Translations under genes and position numbers: made by a program
Notes under the pieces: generated by a model
Told to the model about the DNA's origin: nothing
Seen by the model: the letters and a program-made list of their open reading frames with translations, nothing else
Databases searched by the model: none
From: Glycera tridactyla
Lineage: Eukaryota
Direction of reading: 5' to 3'
Assembly: GCA_965644265.1 (NCBI GenBank)
Contig: OZ286467.1
Span: 84,382,001 to 84,446,000, forward strand
DNA: 64,000 nt
In this document: positions 1-12,414 of the stretch, one piece after another
Position numbering within the stretch: position 1 is the first letter of the stretch
Layout: the number at the start of each line of letters is the position of its first letter

Positions 1-2109
1 CCCACGTTAGCTGGCTGCTTGCTACCTGAAAATGTATAGATTGAGTGGCGATTGAGATTCCATCTTTGGAAATACACTGGTGATGTCATGTTCACAAGTC
101 AAACATACTGAAAGGTATAGTAATTTTGAAATGAGACCGGGAATTGGATTCAAGAATCACCTCCATGTCATTCTCATTGCCTAGAATAAGGCAATTGCAT
201 TTTTGCTAGAATTTCTCTTATATCGAAACGCTATCATAGGACACCTTGACTAGCACCTGGATTACCTCTTCATATTTTGTTCAAAAGAGATACAATTGGG
301 ATGTGGCTAGAGCTAGGGTTAGGGTAAAATTGGACTGATACCTGAACTGTTACTCCACTTATGTCAAGCGAAAGCAGTTCAAATATGTAGGATTTATTGT
401 ATGAATAGTTTGAAGATCAAGAATTTCCAGCGAACTTGAGGAGCTTCCAAGATTCATTCTCTCATATAGGTGTGTGATCCAAATGCCAGATACACTGAAT
501 ACACTGAAGTCATGAACCACCATGGCAGGCATACAACAACAACAACAACAACAACAACACCCTCAGTTGCTCAAAACAACATGAAAACGGGCATGAACTG
601 GGTGATGGTGCGAGCACCTATCTGGGATTGGAAAACAATGGTCTTGGTTAAATGATGATCTTTATGATGAGTGTCAATAGATGAGCCAAGGGAACCCCTT
701 CTTGACATACACACATACAAGCTCAAGAGATGAGGGTTTGATGTAGATAGTTGCACCAAGTCAAGGCTTTCGAGCTTTAACAGTGTTCCTGGGATGGAAT
801 GTAATCCACAGATCATACATACAAACAAACACAAGGGTCTTTGATTTGATTTGATAAACTTTATTTTTCCTCGTCATGGCAATTACATACAAAATGTACA
901 CGTCTCCAGATTGACGATAAGAAATAGAACTGAACATAGAAAAAAAGAAACATACGAATAAGATTGACAAAAGAACATGAATCAATACAACATGGAATTA
1001 TGCAAAGAGTAGTATAGTAGATTCAGGTATCGTTCAATAAATTTAATAAATCTTGAATATCCTGTTTGGTATATAGAAGATATGGTCTTGAAACCACTAT
1101 TACTAATAAAGATGAGATGTGGATGATGATGGATGATATTACGTGATGATAGATGGATGATGAAAGATGATAGTTCGGCACACGAGCGAATATTGTCCAC
1201 AACAACATACAAGTAATCATATACAAAGGAAGAGAGAGACACGTGAATCCCAATTTCTAAGATAATTTCTAAAACAAAATTCCAAAATAATTTAAGTTCT
1301 CTCTGTGCTAAATGTTGCATACTGATACAAGACTTCTTGTTCCATGTTTCAAAATTTCAGGATTTTAGAATTCCAGGATGTCAGCATTTCATAATCTCAA
1401 ACCTCAGAATTTCAGAATCTCAGAGGTTCAGAGCAGATTCCGGGCTTTCGACATCTACCCTGTGAATTTCAAGAATCTTGAATCATTTTCTCAAAAACTT
1501 CAGAACCTCGAAATTTCATAGATTTCCAGTTTCCTAGGTTTTCAAATTCCTTAATTATATTTTTCAACATATTCGTAACCTACTCATATTCATAAACTAT
1601 AAGCCTTGACATGTTTGAATTTTTAGAATTTCCTAATAGATCGGCAACCACGTTCTGATATAGTTTGGTCGGGATTTGAATTTATCAATGCATCCCAACT
1701 GCATGCTCCTCGATGCCGGAAATTTCTTTCGGACAACCTATACCGCAGCCGTCCCACATGATGTTGGTTTGGTTCTTTTAATACACAAATATTCTGCAAT
1801 GAGGATTGACATTTCAGTGCTCTATTCACATACATCATTTCGTGATCAATACGTCTTTCTCTCGATCTTTGGAAACCAAGCTCTTTATGTAATAAGGTGG
1901 CACTGTACATTTTAGGGTTGCGGGCTATGTGTCTAAGTGCCATGTTCTGAAGCCGCTGAAGTGTATCAGTGTCCCGTTGAGAGAGGCCATCATATATAAT
2001 GTCGGCATAGTCCATCAATGACACAATCAGAGTGTTATATAACATTTTACAAGTATCAATATTTAGGACTGGCCTCAGTCTTCCAAGTACTCCGAACCTG
2101 CTCAATACT

Positions 2110-2770
2110 TTAGACTAGCCGAACGATCCCAAACACTAGCCGAACATTGTCGAAGGTTCCGAAATTTCCCATAATTCACCTCGCGACCGAAGATTGCCGA
2201 ACTGTATGCAAATGAGCCGACCACTAGCCGAGCACTAGCGGAACGAACACTAGCTGAGCATTGCTGACCATTGACTGTTTACTATTTCTTGGGCAGCCTG
2301 AGTCATCTCCGAAAGTTTTGTTAGCGATCGATAGTTCGCTGTTTCTTGCGAGTATATGATGAATTCACTCAATTTAAACATGGGTTATACACAGCCGGAT
2401 ATGAAAGACCAAGGCAAGTCATAATACGTGTATCTGCCGGTAAATCGCCTAGCGATGATGTTTCTCGAGTACGGCCTTGGTTGCGAGGTTGTCTCCCCAC
2501 GAACCCTCTATCACCGAACTCTGTCTGTCTGTCTGTCTCTGTATCTGTATCTACCTGCNNNNNNNNNNNNNNNNNNNNNNNNNNNNNNNNNNNNNNNNNN
2601 NNNNNNNNNNNNNNNNNNNNNNNNNNNNNNNNNNNNNNNNNNNNNNNNNNNNNNNNNNNNNNNNNNNNNNNNNNNNNNNNNNNNNNNNNNNNNNNNNNNN
2701 NNNNNNNNTTTAAATTACCACCTCTCCGCTGTAAATCGACGACCATTCTTCTTTTTGAAGAAATTTCTTG
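2110..2770. repeat. Non-autonomous interspersed repeat, copy 1 (inserted in the LINE; spans an N-gap)
   Basis: Shares long blocks with 4040-4535: CTAGCCGAAC/GC sub-repeats, CGATCGATAGTTC.CTGTTTCTTGC, and TTTAAATTACCA.CTCTCC.CTGTAAATCGACGACCATTCTTCTTTTTGAAGAAATTTCTT. Confidence 0.75.
2559..2708. other. Assembly gap (150 N)
   Basis: Run of N following a TCTG/TCTGTA microsatellite. Confidence 1.
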
Positions 2771-4039
2771 TTGTAGGTAGACTGAGAATCATGAACTTAG
2801 TCTTACGAAGATTGAGAGAAAGTCGATTTCGATTCATCTCAGTTGTAGATCCGGCAAAACATCAGAGTTTATGCTCACAGCAGTATCATCCGCGTACAGG
2901 AATGAACATTTAATGTGGTGCCCCCTCAGGAAATGGGGAAGATCGTTGATATATAAGCTGAAGAGTAGAGGACCTAACATTGAACCCCGAGGGACACCAC
3001 ATTCAACAGGTAGCAAGTCGAAAACATGGTTTCCGACCCTTGTTCGACAATACCTTCCAGTCAAGCCTTCTTCAGGTCCAGGAAAAGAGTTCCAGTTACT
3101 TTACCTGATTCTATGTTAAGATAAACAATGTTCAGAAATTCAAGCAAACAAATATAAGTGGAACGTTCCTTCCTGAACCCGGAGTGCTCCCGACACAGCA
3201 GACTCATGCGTTCAACGTAGTCATATGACTGGTTATGAACAAGACGTTCCTAAATTTCACTGGAGCAGGACAATAAGCTTATAGGTCTGTAGTTATGAAT
3301 GATCTCCATCCTTGTAGAAAGGGACCACTGTCGCAAGCTTCCACAATTCCGGAAAAAAATCCGGACTTCACACTTCTATTAAAGATAATTCGCAACATGG
3401 GTGCAATAGCATCCACACAATTTTCAATAACAGCAGGGGGTAGGCCATCTTCTCTGTTATGTATGTTCAGTGTGTCTATCACCTCGGTAACTTCACTCAG
3501 TCTGACTTCTCTTAAAGCGCAACAGTCCTTATAGCATATTGGAAAATTGTCCAGAAGATTACCCGAGCTTATTGAAATATCATTGAATAGATTCTTGCCA
3601 ATATTCGCAAAGTGATTGTTTAAAATACTAGGGATCGTGGACGGGTCTGTGCACTCATTTATCTTGGAAACTGAAGATCTAGATTTGCCATTCCGCCAGA
3701 ACTCCCGTATCTCTTCCCACATCTTTCTCTTATCATTAGCATGGCTTAGCAATTCATCTAGTAGATAATCACGTTGTGACTGAATTCTCAGAGGACATCG
3801 TTGTGCGAATGGCCATTTGTAGACGGTTGGTATAGAATCATCAAGATTAGACTGAAATTGCTTGAAAGATGTGCGAAATGTGTGAGAAACCTTAGTTATC
3901 GCGTGAAATACAGCTGAATCTGGATATTGTCGATAAATGACTGCGTGAGAATGTTTGAAATGGAAACTATTTCGTAAAAAGCGACACGTACCAGATAAAG
4001 AGAGCGCCATCACATGGGGAAGCCCTTCCGTGACGTCAT

Positions 4040-4535
4040 ATCATCGTATGCAAATGAGGTAGCGAACCATCCTATAATAGTATATGATCAATCTATTTGC
4101 GGCCGAAGATTGCTGAAATGATTACAAATGAGCCGAACACTAGCCGAGCACTGGCCGAACGATCCCGAACACTAGCCAAACATTGCCGAATCAACTGTCC
4201 AATGTCAACAATGTGCGAAGGGAAGAAGTTGTCATTCGATCGATAGTTCACTGTTTCTTGCAAATATACGACGGATTCACGCAATTTATACATGGGTTAT
4301 ACACTGATGGATATGAGTCATAATGCGCATATTTGCCAGCAGGCCAGTACAAGCGATGATGATGTTTCTCGCTGCTTGCTCGGAGCTTCGAGTACGGGAA
4401 TCAGAGACCACATAGTGACAGGTGACAATCGGCTCTCCCCTCCCCCCTCTCTCTCCACTTCATGCATTTTCCCCTTTAAATTACCAGCTCTCCACTGTAA
4501 ATCGACGACCATTCTTCTTTTTGAAGAAATTTCTT
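4040..4535. repeat. Non-autonomous interspersed repeat, copy 2
   Basis: Direct-orientation homologue of 2110-2770. Both copies carry TATGCAAATGAG near their left end. Confidence 0.75.
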
Positions 4536-4859
4536 TTCCGGCATATCACATAAAATAAAATATGTATTCCATAATCGATGTTGGTGCCTGATATGATCGA
4601 TGTGTGCTTGGCTATCAACTTGGTTCCCGCGCCTGATATCGAGTATCGTTAGACTGGGAACGAGAGCTACTTGGGTATGTATGTGTGATCAATGCATTTT
4701 TAACATATGAAGGGTCAGAGGAGCTGCAACTTTCGCAGCAGTAACTACACTAGAAACATTGGTGACCAGGCTCATACGGAATGAGCCATTCGTCAGTTTA
4801 GAAGATCACGTTCATATGGAATGAGCCATTTCCAGTTGATAGGATCACGTTCTTCTCTA

Positions 4860-5040
4860 AGGACTACGTCTGATACCTCCTTCACGCGGATAGGGACTTT
4901 TAAGCACCTGAGACAGAAGGGAGAGGGAGGAAGATAAAGAGAGAGAGGGAGAGAGAAAGAAAGAGAGAGATAGAGAGTGAGAGCGAGAGCGAGAGAGAGA
5001 GGTTGCACTCAATCCCTTCCAGACCAAAGGTGAGATCGCT
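4860..5040. repeat. Interspersed repeat with internal (GA)n tract; inverted homologue at ~51630-51790
   Basis: Reverse complement reads GATCTCACC...(TC)n...GTGAAGGAGGTATCAGACGTAGTCCT, matching GATCTCACC...(TC)-rich...GTGAGGGAGGAATCAGAAGCAGTCCT at 51630-51790. Confidence 0.6.
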
Positions 5041-6736
5041 TTAATCCCTATCTCCACCACAGATTGAGGAAAGCTAACGATTATTCCTTGTACGTTATTG
5101 ACATCAGTTTTTTTTTCATATTTCACGCCTAATGGTTGGATAGAAGCATATTCACGTTTGACCCTAATGTAGAACAGTCTTCCCCCTTTGTCGAATCGGA
5201 GAATAAAAATTCCTTTCGTAGGAGTTTATTTTCACTCTACTGTAGGATCAATTATCGATGCTGGGATGATTTGGGCAGAAAGAAACGACCTTTCAGGAGA
5301 TAATGCTGCTCCATTTTGAGGTAAATACCTGGAAGCCAACAACGAGAGCCAGTAAAGATGGTTCCATGCTTGTATGAGTAACTTTATCTTTTTTTGAGCT
5401 GATCTGTTGCTGAGATTCAAACAGTAAAGTAGACATGAAAATTCTAATTTGATCACTCATTTTCAGGGACATCTGACATACACTCCTCGCGCGAATAGGT
5501 CGGAAACCATTATGCCTCAAACAAATGAAAAAACATATGCCTCAATTGTTCACTTTCCTGAATTTCTATAGTCTGCATAATGATACGTGATAGAGTCCCA
5601 TCCAGAACACTCGAGAACTGAAAATCAAATTTGTACATTTCATAGGTGTATCAGTTCATTCCAATAATCTCAAAATGACTAGAAAACACATGAGCCAGAC
5701 AAGATGTTATACTACGTCTCTAGGTGGCTTGGGCCATGCTGGAGATCCCAGATTCATATCAACAAGAAATTGGATGATTTCTTAAAATGTAATCTCTTAC
5801 ATTCAATGGTGTATCATAAAACATGGATTCACTCTAGCTCTCAAACAAGTTCCAATGGTTGAGGGAGCCATTATGGACATGCCTAATGCCTTTTTCAGGA
5901 CAGTGAATAAATGGCATGACGGCGATGGGACTTTGGTTTTACCCCTGCAAAATAGATTAAGCCTGCCAAACACTGATGGCATGAGGCAGCAACTCTATGA
6001 CAACACTGAATGGGAGAGTGAGTTCGGTACTCTCACTCCCCTGAAACCAATTAGAATAGGATAGAATAGACCTTTATCATGTGACGATAGGTACAGTTAG
6101 TTTCAAAGGCTTCAAAAATCTTTATTTTCCATAGGAGTGTATCCCCGACACATCTCCCCCCCCACAGAGTTTGACAATAGTTTCATGGTACATGCATTTC
6201 ATGGCAATCCTAGCTATACTGGTCATGTAATTATTTCACACAATATGATAACTTGTTTTGTGGAAAATAGTAAGATAAGTCACGATAAATCAAGGGTAAT
6301 AGATAGATAGTAACCATTTTGCATATAAGCGGAGCATATAATGTTACGTGCTATAGGCGCACACGTTTTGGGCACAGACACACAGGGAGCGGCGGCGGCA
6401 TTCACCGAACATCTAACTACAAACATCACATCACAGCTTGTTCATATGGCAGGTAACATTCTGGTATCCTGACGTTCCAGGCTGCTATTTCATGATTTCA
6501 TAGGTTTTCCAGGTTCAGAAATTCTAAATGTAATTGTGTCTTGTTCTGGCATTTCAATTCTCAATATTGGTGGTGGGGATCAGAACAGTGAGACAAGTCG
6601 AGGTGGTATGGAAGTATGAGAGCAACTGGGAAGACCAGGAGACCAGTAAGGCATGGATTTTCATTGCTCATGATCATGTTGAGGCAGGGACCGAGTCTTG
6701 CCATGCATGTGTCACTTATACATTCATTCCTAGCTT

Positions 6737-9610
6737 TCACACATCAATCTTGTTCAGTCTCTTTTTGAAGATTGCAAGGCTACCGGCATCTTTTGTCTCT
6801 TTGGTCAGTCCGTTGTATTCTCTGGCCCCCCTAACTGATAGTCGTCTGTCCCCCATTATAGTCTTTGATCTTGGTATTTCAAGGAATTCTCCCATTTGTC
6901 GTCTTGTTATAGGGCCCTCCCGGGGTGTTCTTCTTGAGTATAGATTATTTAATGGAGGTGGGCTTAGATCATGTATCCCTTTGTAGACTTCAATACAAAC
7001 ATGTTTGTTCCGTCTTATATTTAGTGTATCCAGTCCTAATTCCGAGTGCATTTCACGTGTGCTCCTGAGAGCATCTGCCTGTAGAATTATCCTGCATGCT
7101 GAGTTTTGTATACGTTGTATTCTATTTGAGTCATTAGTGTTTATCGTGTTGTATGAAACATCGCAGTAGTCTATGACCGGCAGGACTAGGGACTCGTAGA
7201 GCATGAGCGCGGTCTCTTGTGGGATATAGTTTCTTGCCCTGCCGATGACAGAGAGCTTACCTACACTACTTCCGAACAAGTAGTTTATGTGATTTGTAAA
7301 AGTCAGTTTGCAATCCAGCCAGACCCCCAGATACTTGAACTTTGATACCCGTTCGAGAATGATCCCCCCCATTATCATTTTGATGTTTTGATATTTTATG
7401 AGCTGTGTTTGGTGTCCAAAAATCATCCACTGGGTCTTTTTAGTATTTACAGTCAGTTTGTTCTCGTAGAACCAACCCTCTGCCTCAATGATACCCAGTT
7501 GGAGTTGGAGTTCTAGTTCGTCAGGTGTGTTTCCCCTATAGTATACAGCGGTATCATCCGCATACATTTTTACTTCACAGCTAGGTATGTTCACTGGCAG
7601 GTCATTAATGAAAATTACGAATAACAGTGGTCCTAAGATGGATCCCTGTGGGACCCCGCAGTTAATGTTAGCATACGTTGATCGGACCTCACCTATTTTT
7701 GTTTGCTGGCTTCTATTTTCGAAGTAATTTTTAAACCATTTAATGCTGTTTTCATTTACCCCATACTTACTTAGTTTATATAATAATGTTTCATGGTCTA
7801 CGGTATCAAAGGCCTTTTTCAGGTCCAGAAAGACCACTCCAACAGCACCACCATCATTTATGCTATTATACATATCTTCGAGCAGTGATAGTAGGCAGGT
7901 GCTGGTGGAATGATGCTTTCTGAATCCTGATTGTGCGGAACACAAAAGTCCATTGATACCGAGATACTTTGATAGTTGGCCATGGATTGCTCGTTCTATT
8001 AGCTTACTGATTACGGTGAGAACACTAATCGGTCTATAATTTGCAATGTCATCTTTTTTCCCACCCTTATAAATAGGACTTACTACTGCTTGCTTGTGTT
8101 CTTTGGGTATAATATTTGTTCTGATAGTTAGGTTGACTAAGTGTGCAAGTATTGGTATTATAGTCTGCTTCGCTGCTTTTAGTAGTCTGGCTGGTATGCC
8201 ATCAATGCCAGTGGCTTTTGCATCCCCTATTTTTGTAAGTTCTTCATCTATAAAATCATTGTCTATTTGTGCTAGTACGAAGGGTGCTGCACCATCCGGT
8301 GTTTGGTTGGGTAAGTTTGTTTGCACCCCCCTTGGAAAGACGCTTGCGAGATTCCCCCCAATATCTGTGAAATATTTGTTGACTTGTTCTGCAATTTTCT
8401 TTTGGTCAGTCTCTTCTCCCAGTTTTGATAAATCCTTTGCCAGTCTCGAATTGGGTAGTAGCTTCCGTAGTGTTGCCCAAAGTTTCTTATAGTCGTATTT
8501 GTATCGTCTCAGAGCGTCGTTGAAGTAATTATGTTTCAGGTCTCTTTTCAGTATCGAAGTCCGGTTTCTTGCACGTCGGTAGTTTTCCCAATTCTCGTCA
8601 TTTCTGTCCATGTCGTATTTTTTCTTCAAGTCGTCCCGTTCATCTATGTAACCATACATTTGACCAGTTTTCCACGGGACAGCGTTTTTATCTACCTCTC
8701 TCTTCTTCATTGGTAACATACTGTCCATGACTTTCACAAATTTGGTTTTAAATAAGGCCCAACTTTCTTCGCTGTCCACACTGCTTATCACCTCTTCCCA
8801 GTCCTCTTTTGCAACTTCATCGTTAAACCGTGTAGCATTAAAACCTTTGTAACTCCTATACCAGATCTCGACCTTGTCTTTTTTTATGCACCCCTTTTTA
8901 CGTAACCCCATCACAATGTTGTGGTCAGAAGCCCCGTGTGACCTCACCCTTGTGTATCCGTACATGTCTTTATTGTTTGTCACAAAATGGTCAATTGTCG
9001 TCACCGTTTCATTTGTGATTCGTGTGTGATCCGTTATTAGTTGGTAGTAGTTTTGTTCGTCTAGCCAGTTGCGGTATCTATGTAGGTTCGGTGACTCACT
9101 GCTCCAATCAACATTTATATCCCCCATTATTACCAATTCAGTGTCTGGGATGGCGGTGGCAATTGCACATGCTTCACCCAGGAGTGAAAGACCCTCTTGT
9201 AAGTTTCCATCAGGTGGTCTATAGCAACAGCCAACAACAATTGGGCGTGTTTCCTTTAGTGAAATGGTTATCCAGCAGGCCTCAATGTCAGGGCTTGATA
9301 TGTTTAGTTCTTCTAATTGGGTATAGATTAGTCTGTCACTGATATACATTAGTGTTCCCCCTCCCGCAGTCTTTCCCAGTGATCTATCTCTGTCTTGCCT
9401 TATTAAAGAATATCCTGGTAATGAAATATCACTGTCACAGATTGAGCTATTCAACCAACTTTCACTAATTGTCAGGACATCAGGTTTCGATTCGTGGAGG
9501 ATTTTGTGGATTTCCTCAAGGTTCCTATAGGCACTTCTAGCATTCCAGTGAAGCAGTGAGACACCTTTCTGTCTGCAGTCCTGGGTCAGGTTTCCGTCGT
9601 TATCTGTCAT
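6737..9610 (-). CDS. Intact LINE ORF2 (957 aa): apurinic-like endonuclease + reverse transcriptase, CR1/L2 group
   Basis: APE motifs LHWNARS, ISESWL, YRPP, MGDINVD, TIDH, SDH. RT motifs NYRPISVL, FLDLKKAFDTVDH, GVPQGSILGPLLF, YADD, KYLGVWLD. No stops or frameshifts. Confidence 0.97.
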   Translation of the reverse strand: MTDNDGNLTQDCRQKGVSLLHWNARSAYRNLEEIHKILHESKPDVLTISESWLNSSICDSDISLPGYSLIRQDRDRSLGKTAGGGTLMYISDRLIYTQLEELNISSPDIEACWITISLKETRPIVVGCCYRPPDGNLQEGLSLLGEACAIATAIPDTELVIMGDINVDWSSESPNLHRYRNWLDEQNYYQLITDHTRITNETVTTIDHFVTNNKDMYGYTRVRSHGASDHNIVMGLRKKGCIKKDKVEIWYRSYKGFNATRFNDEVAKEDWEEVISSVDSEESWALFKTKFVKVMDSMLPMKKREVDKNAVPWKTGQMYGYIDERDDLKKKYDMDRNDENWENYRRARNRTSILKRDLKHNYFNDALRRYKYDYKKLWATLRKLLPNSRLAKDLSKLGEETDQKKIAEQVNKYFTDIGGNLASVFPRGVQTNLPNQTPDGAAPFVLAQIDNDFIDEELTKIGDAKATGIDGIPARLLKAAKQTIIPILAHLVNLTIRTNIIPKEHKQAVVSPIYKGGKKDDIANYRPISVLTVISKLIERAIHGQLSKYLGINGLLCSAQSGFRKHHSTSTCLLSLLEDMYNSINDGGAVGVVFLDLKKAFDTVDHETLLYKLSKYGVNENSIKWFKNYFENRSQQTKIGEVRSTYANINCGVPQGSILGPLLFVIFINDLPVNIPSCEVKMYADDTAVYYRGNTPDELELQLQLGIIEAEGWFYENKLTVNTKKTQWMIFGHQTQLIKYQNIKMIMGGIILERVSKFKYLGVWLDCKLTFTNHINYLFGSSVGKLSVIGRARNYIPQETALMLYESLVLPVIDYCDVSYNTINTNDSNRIQRIQNSACRIILQADALRSTREMHSELGLDTLNIRRNKHVCIEVYKGIHDLSPPPLNNLYSRRTPREGPITRRQMGEFLEIPRSKTIMGDRRLSVRGAREYNGLTKETKDAGSLAIFKKRLNKIDV

Positions 9611-9814
9611 GTATGGTCATGTTGTAGATGTTTACCACCCCTTGCTGTGTGTGTCTATGTCCTCCCATTATATGGTTTGTATGTATATGATTGTCCGCTT
9701 ACGTGTATAAATACTTGGTCCCGAGGTTGGGGCGTGGGCTAATCCCCGTTGGATAACTTATAACATCATGTGGTAGCATATATGTGAAGGTGTTATAGTT
9801 AATTTTTACTTTGC

Positions 9815-10370
9815 GACCGTGTCAGATGGTCAGATGTATCACTGTATCACTGGTGGTGCGACGTATCTGGGAATATGGCCAGGCCTCCATCCCGGGTATC
9901 TCCAGATAAATTTCACATCAGACCACCCGTGGCAACTGTATTACCTCTGATTCAGCCGTCGGTCCGAATAATTTGAAGAACGATGACATCATATGGTAGT
10001 ATATTTTTATTCTGCGGGAGTGTTGTGGTTATTTTACTTTACGGCAGTGTCAGATAATCAGGTGCATCACTGTGTCACTGGTGGTGCGATGTATCCGGGA
10101 ATATGGCCAGGCCTCCATCCCGGGTATTTCCAGATAGATTTCACATCAGACCACCTGTGGCAACCGTATTACCTCTGATTCAACTGTCAATCTCAGTATT
10201 CTTAGAGATTTTCCAGTTCTGAAGGACAACACTGGTCTTACATTTTCTAAGAGCATATCATAGGTAGACCAGCCAGATAGGGTACTTAATTCCGTGCAGT
10301 GTAGACGACACCGGGTATCTCCGGTAGCACTGATGTCAACACAAATAGCCAGGCATCCATCCCGGGTTCG
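9815..10370. repeat. Three ~140-bp monomers (period ~230 bp) upstream of the intact LINE ORF2
   Basis: 9819-9960 and 10047-10188 are near-identical. A third diverged partial copy lies at ~10320-10370. The shared core CCAGGC.TCCATCCCGGGT occurs near 9880, 10110 and 10350. Confidence 0.85.
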
Positions 10371-10899
10371 CATTGCTCACAACTAGTGCTACAAGAAGCA
10401 CTCCGATTTCCTCCTTGCTGCTTTGTAGTACATGGTGCGGATGTCTACTGTCTATTGATTTTCAATTGATCCAGCTGTCTTGATTTTTTTAATTTGTCTA
10501 GCTGTCATGTGTCTGTATGCTAGATTCTAAGCCTCGAGGTTGTTATTAAAAGAGCATGGTGGACAGATAGTTGGTGAACCATGGTTATGTGCAATAATAG
10601 TATTCAGATCCAGAACCAGAAACAATAACAGAAAAAGGTGTTAAGTTGGTGCAATGTAGCAATATTATTTTTATTTTCTCATTTGTGCAGCATTTATTTC
10701 ATTTCAGTCAGTAGTTTGGTATCGCTTTAGTCATACTAAGTCAGATTAATATCATTTATTACGCTATGAGAATATTTTAGATTAAGTCGAGTTTGGCTAT
10801 AAAAGACCTGGATTTAGGTTTAATTCAGAGGTGCTAAGAGGTGTGATGGGGTTGTCTGGGCATACATACTCATTTCTTTCTACTTTGTTACCCTCATGT

Positions 10900-12410
10900 T
10901 TTATTTTTGTTTTCGTCACCTCAGTCACACATGCAGACATACTTCATTCATTCGTGTATGATAATATTGGTACATTTCATGGCACATATTAATATGTATG
11001 GATCCCATTCATCCAGCTCCTGTATCTGGCACACACGCCCACTAGTGTTCACCTCCTTGCATTCCCACTCGTCCACATATGCTCACATATTCACATATTA
11101 TTATCAATCATGTTCATATTTTCACATATCATTATCAATCGGTATACTTCATTAGGCAGGCATATCCCAGTTTTTCTTGAAGTGGTATACATTGTGTTAT
11201 TGGTCAGTGTGCTCCTCATTCCAGGCGTCCCCTCGCATGCACATGCACACGCACGCGCACATTTGATAGAGACAGATTTGCTCATACTCGACCATGCGCT
11301 AGCTCACATATTCATCTACTCATTGAAGAGTGGCAATTGTTATTGCCTTCAGATACCTCCACAACTACAAACTGGTTTTTTTTTTTTTTTTTTTTTTTTT
11401 TAAAGCTCCAACAGTGTATTTGCTCTGATATTAGTAGTAACCAACATTTATGTACACAACATATCATATAATTTGTCATTCCAGCATCGTGCTCTCAGCT
11501 GTTTGCAGAGATCAGTATTTACATGCACAGTCTAATCCTTCTGGGCCTACACCTATGTACACATTCACATTCATATGCACTTGTTCACATATTGGAATGG
11601 TTATGATGTTGTACTCGGTAATTCAGGACTGTTCATGCACTTTCATGCACACACACGTACCGTCTCACATGCTCACGCACACGCTCGCACGCACGTACCC
11701 CTACGGTAGAGTAGTTCTTTAATAGTATTGCACTCGACGGTTCATGACTGTCTCAGGTTCATTCTCACATACACGCATCCACGTATGCTGACCTTCCCAC
11801 ATTATCATGTAAACGCTCTTACTCACGCACACGTATGTACACACACCTTTTCACCGGATCATGCACGCACATTTTCTCACCTGGCTATACAATCATGCTG
11901 CTTCGGTGGCCAAGTCCCATGGTATGCTCATTAGTACAGTTTCAGGGCAACAGCACAGACTACAGTGTTTCATTGTATATTACAGTTCAGTTTTACAGCG
12001 ATTTCACAGTGGTGTCTGATCATATTTCATTATCATGCCATTTCCAGCGAAGTTGATCAGTAACATTGTACCTGTCTACCTTCTCATACCGATACATTCT
12101 CGTGCTTGCACATGTATGCACCCACACCTTCATACATGGTCACACACACGCCTATACATACGTACACACATGTACGGTGGTCACATAACATCATCACAAT
12201 AATTTCAGAGGAGTTGTTTGGTATGTTCTCATGTGCACATTCACTCAAGCACACACACACACCCACAGCATGCTGCACATGTGCACAGGTCACAGTACAC
12301 CATCACAGCAATTTCAGTGGAGTGGTTTGGTGACTCGTCGATTCAGGAATGTTATAGGTGCAATAAGCAGAAGGTTCTCACACGCGCACATGCACGCACA
12401 CACACGTTCA
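10900..12410. repeat. CA/CACG/CATG-rich low-complexity tract
   Basis: Repeated ACAC, GCACGCAC and CATGCAC motifs and a long T run near 11376-11401. The many short ORFs here are compositional noise. Confidence 0.55.
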
Positions 12411-12414
12411 CTGG

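Larger units (their letters stand above)
840..4013 (-). mobile_element. Decayed LINE (CR1/L2 group): RT fragments, 3' UTR and simple-repeat tail
   Basis: Minus-strand fragments in element order: 3279-4013 (pre-RT tether, frameshifted before a YRPI motif), 2834-3064 (GVPRGSMLGPLLFSLYINDLP...YADD) and 1623-2105 (LYNTLIVSLMDYAD...LQRLQN). The minus strand at 840-867 reads AATAAAGTTTATCAAATCAAATCAAA, a poly(A) signal plus tail. Interrupted by the repeat at ~2110-2770. Confidence 0.85.

Noticed and set aside
470-655. 61-aa ORF with a poly-Thr run
   Set aside because: The run is an (ACA)n microsatellite, the start codon is non-ATG, and there is no homology signal.
8094-9342. Plus-strand ORFs of 60-130 aa antisense to the LINE ORF2 (similar shadow ORFs overlap the PLE and the lectin exons)
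   Set aside because: Shadow ORFs of real coding sequence on the opposite strand, with no independent motifs.
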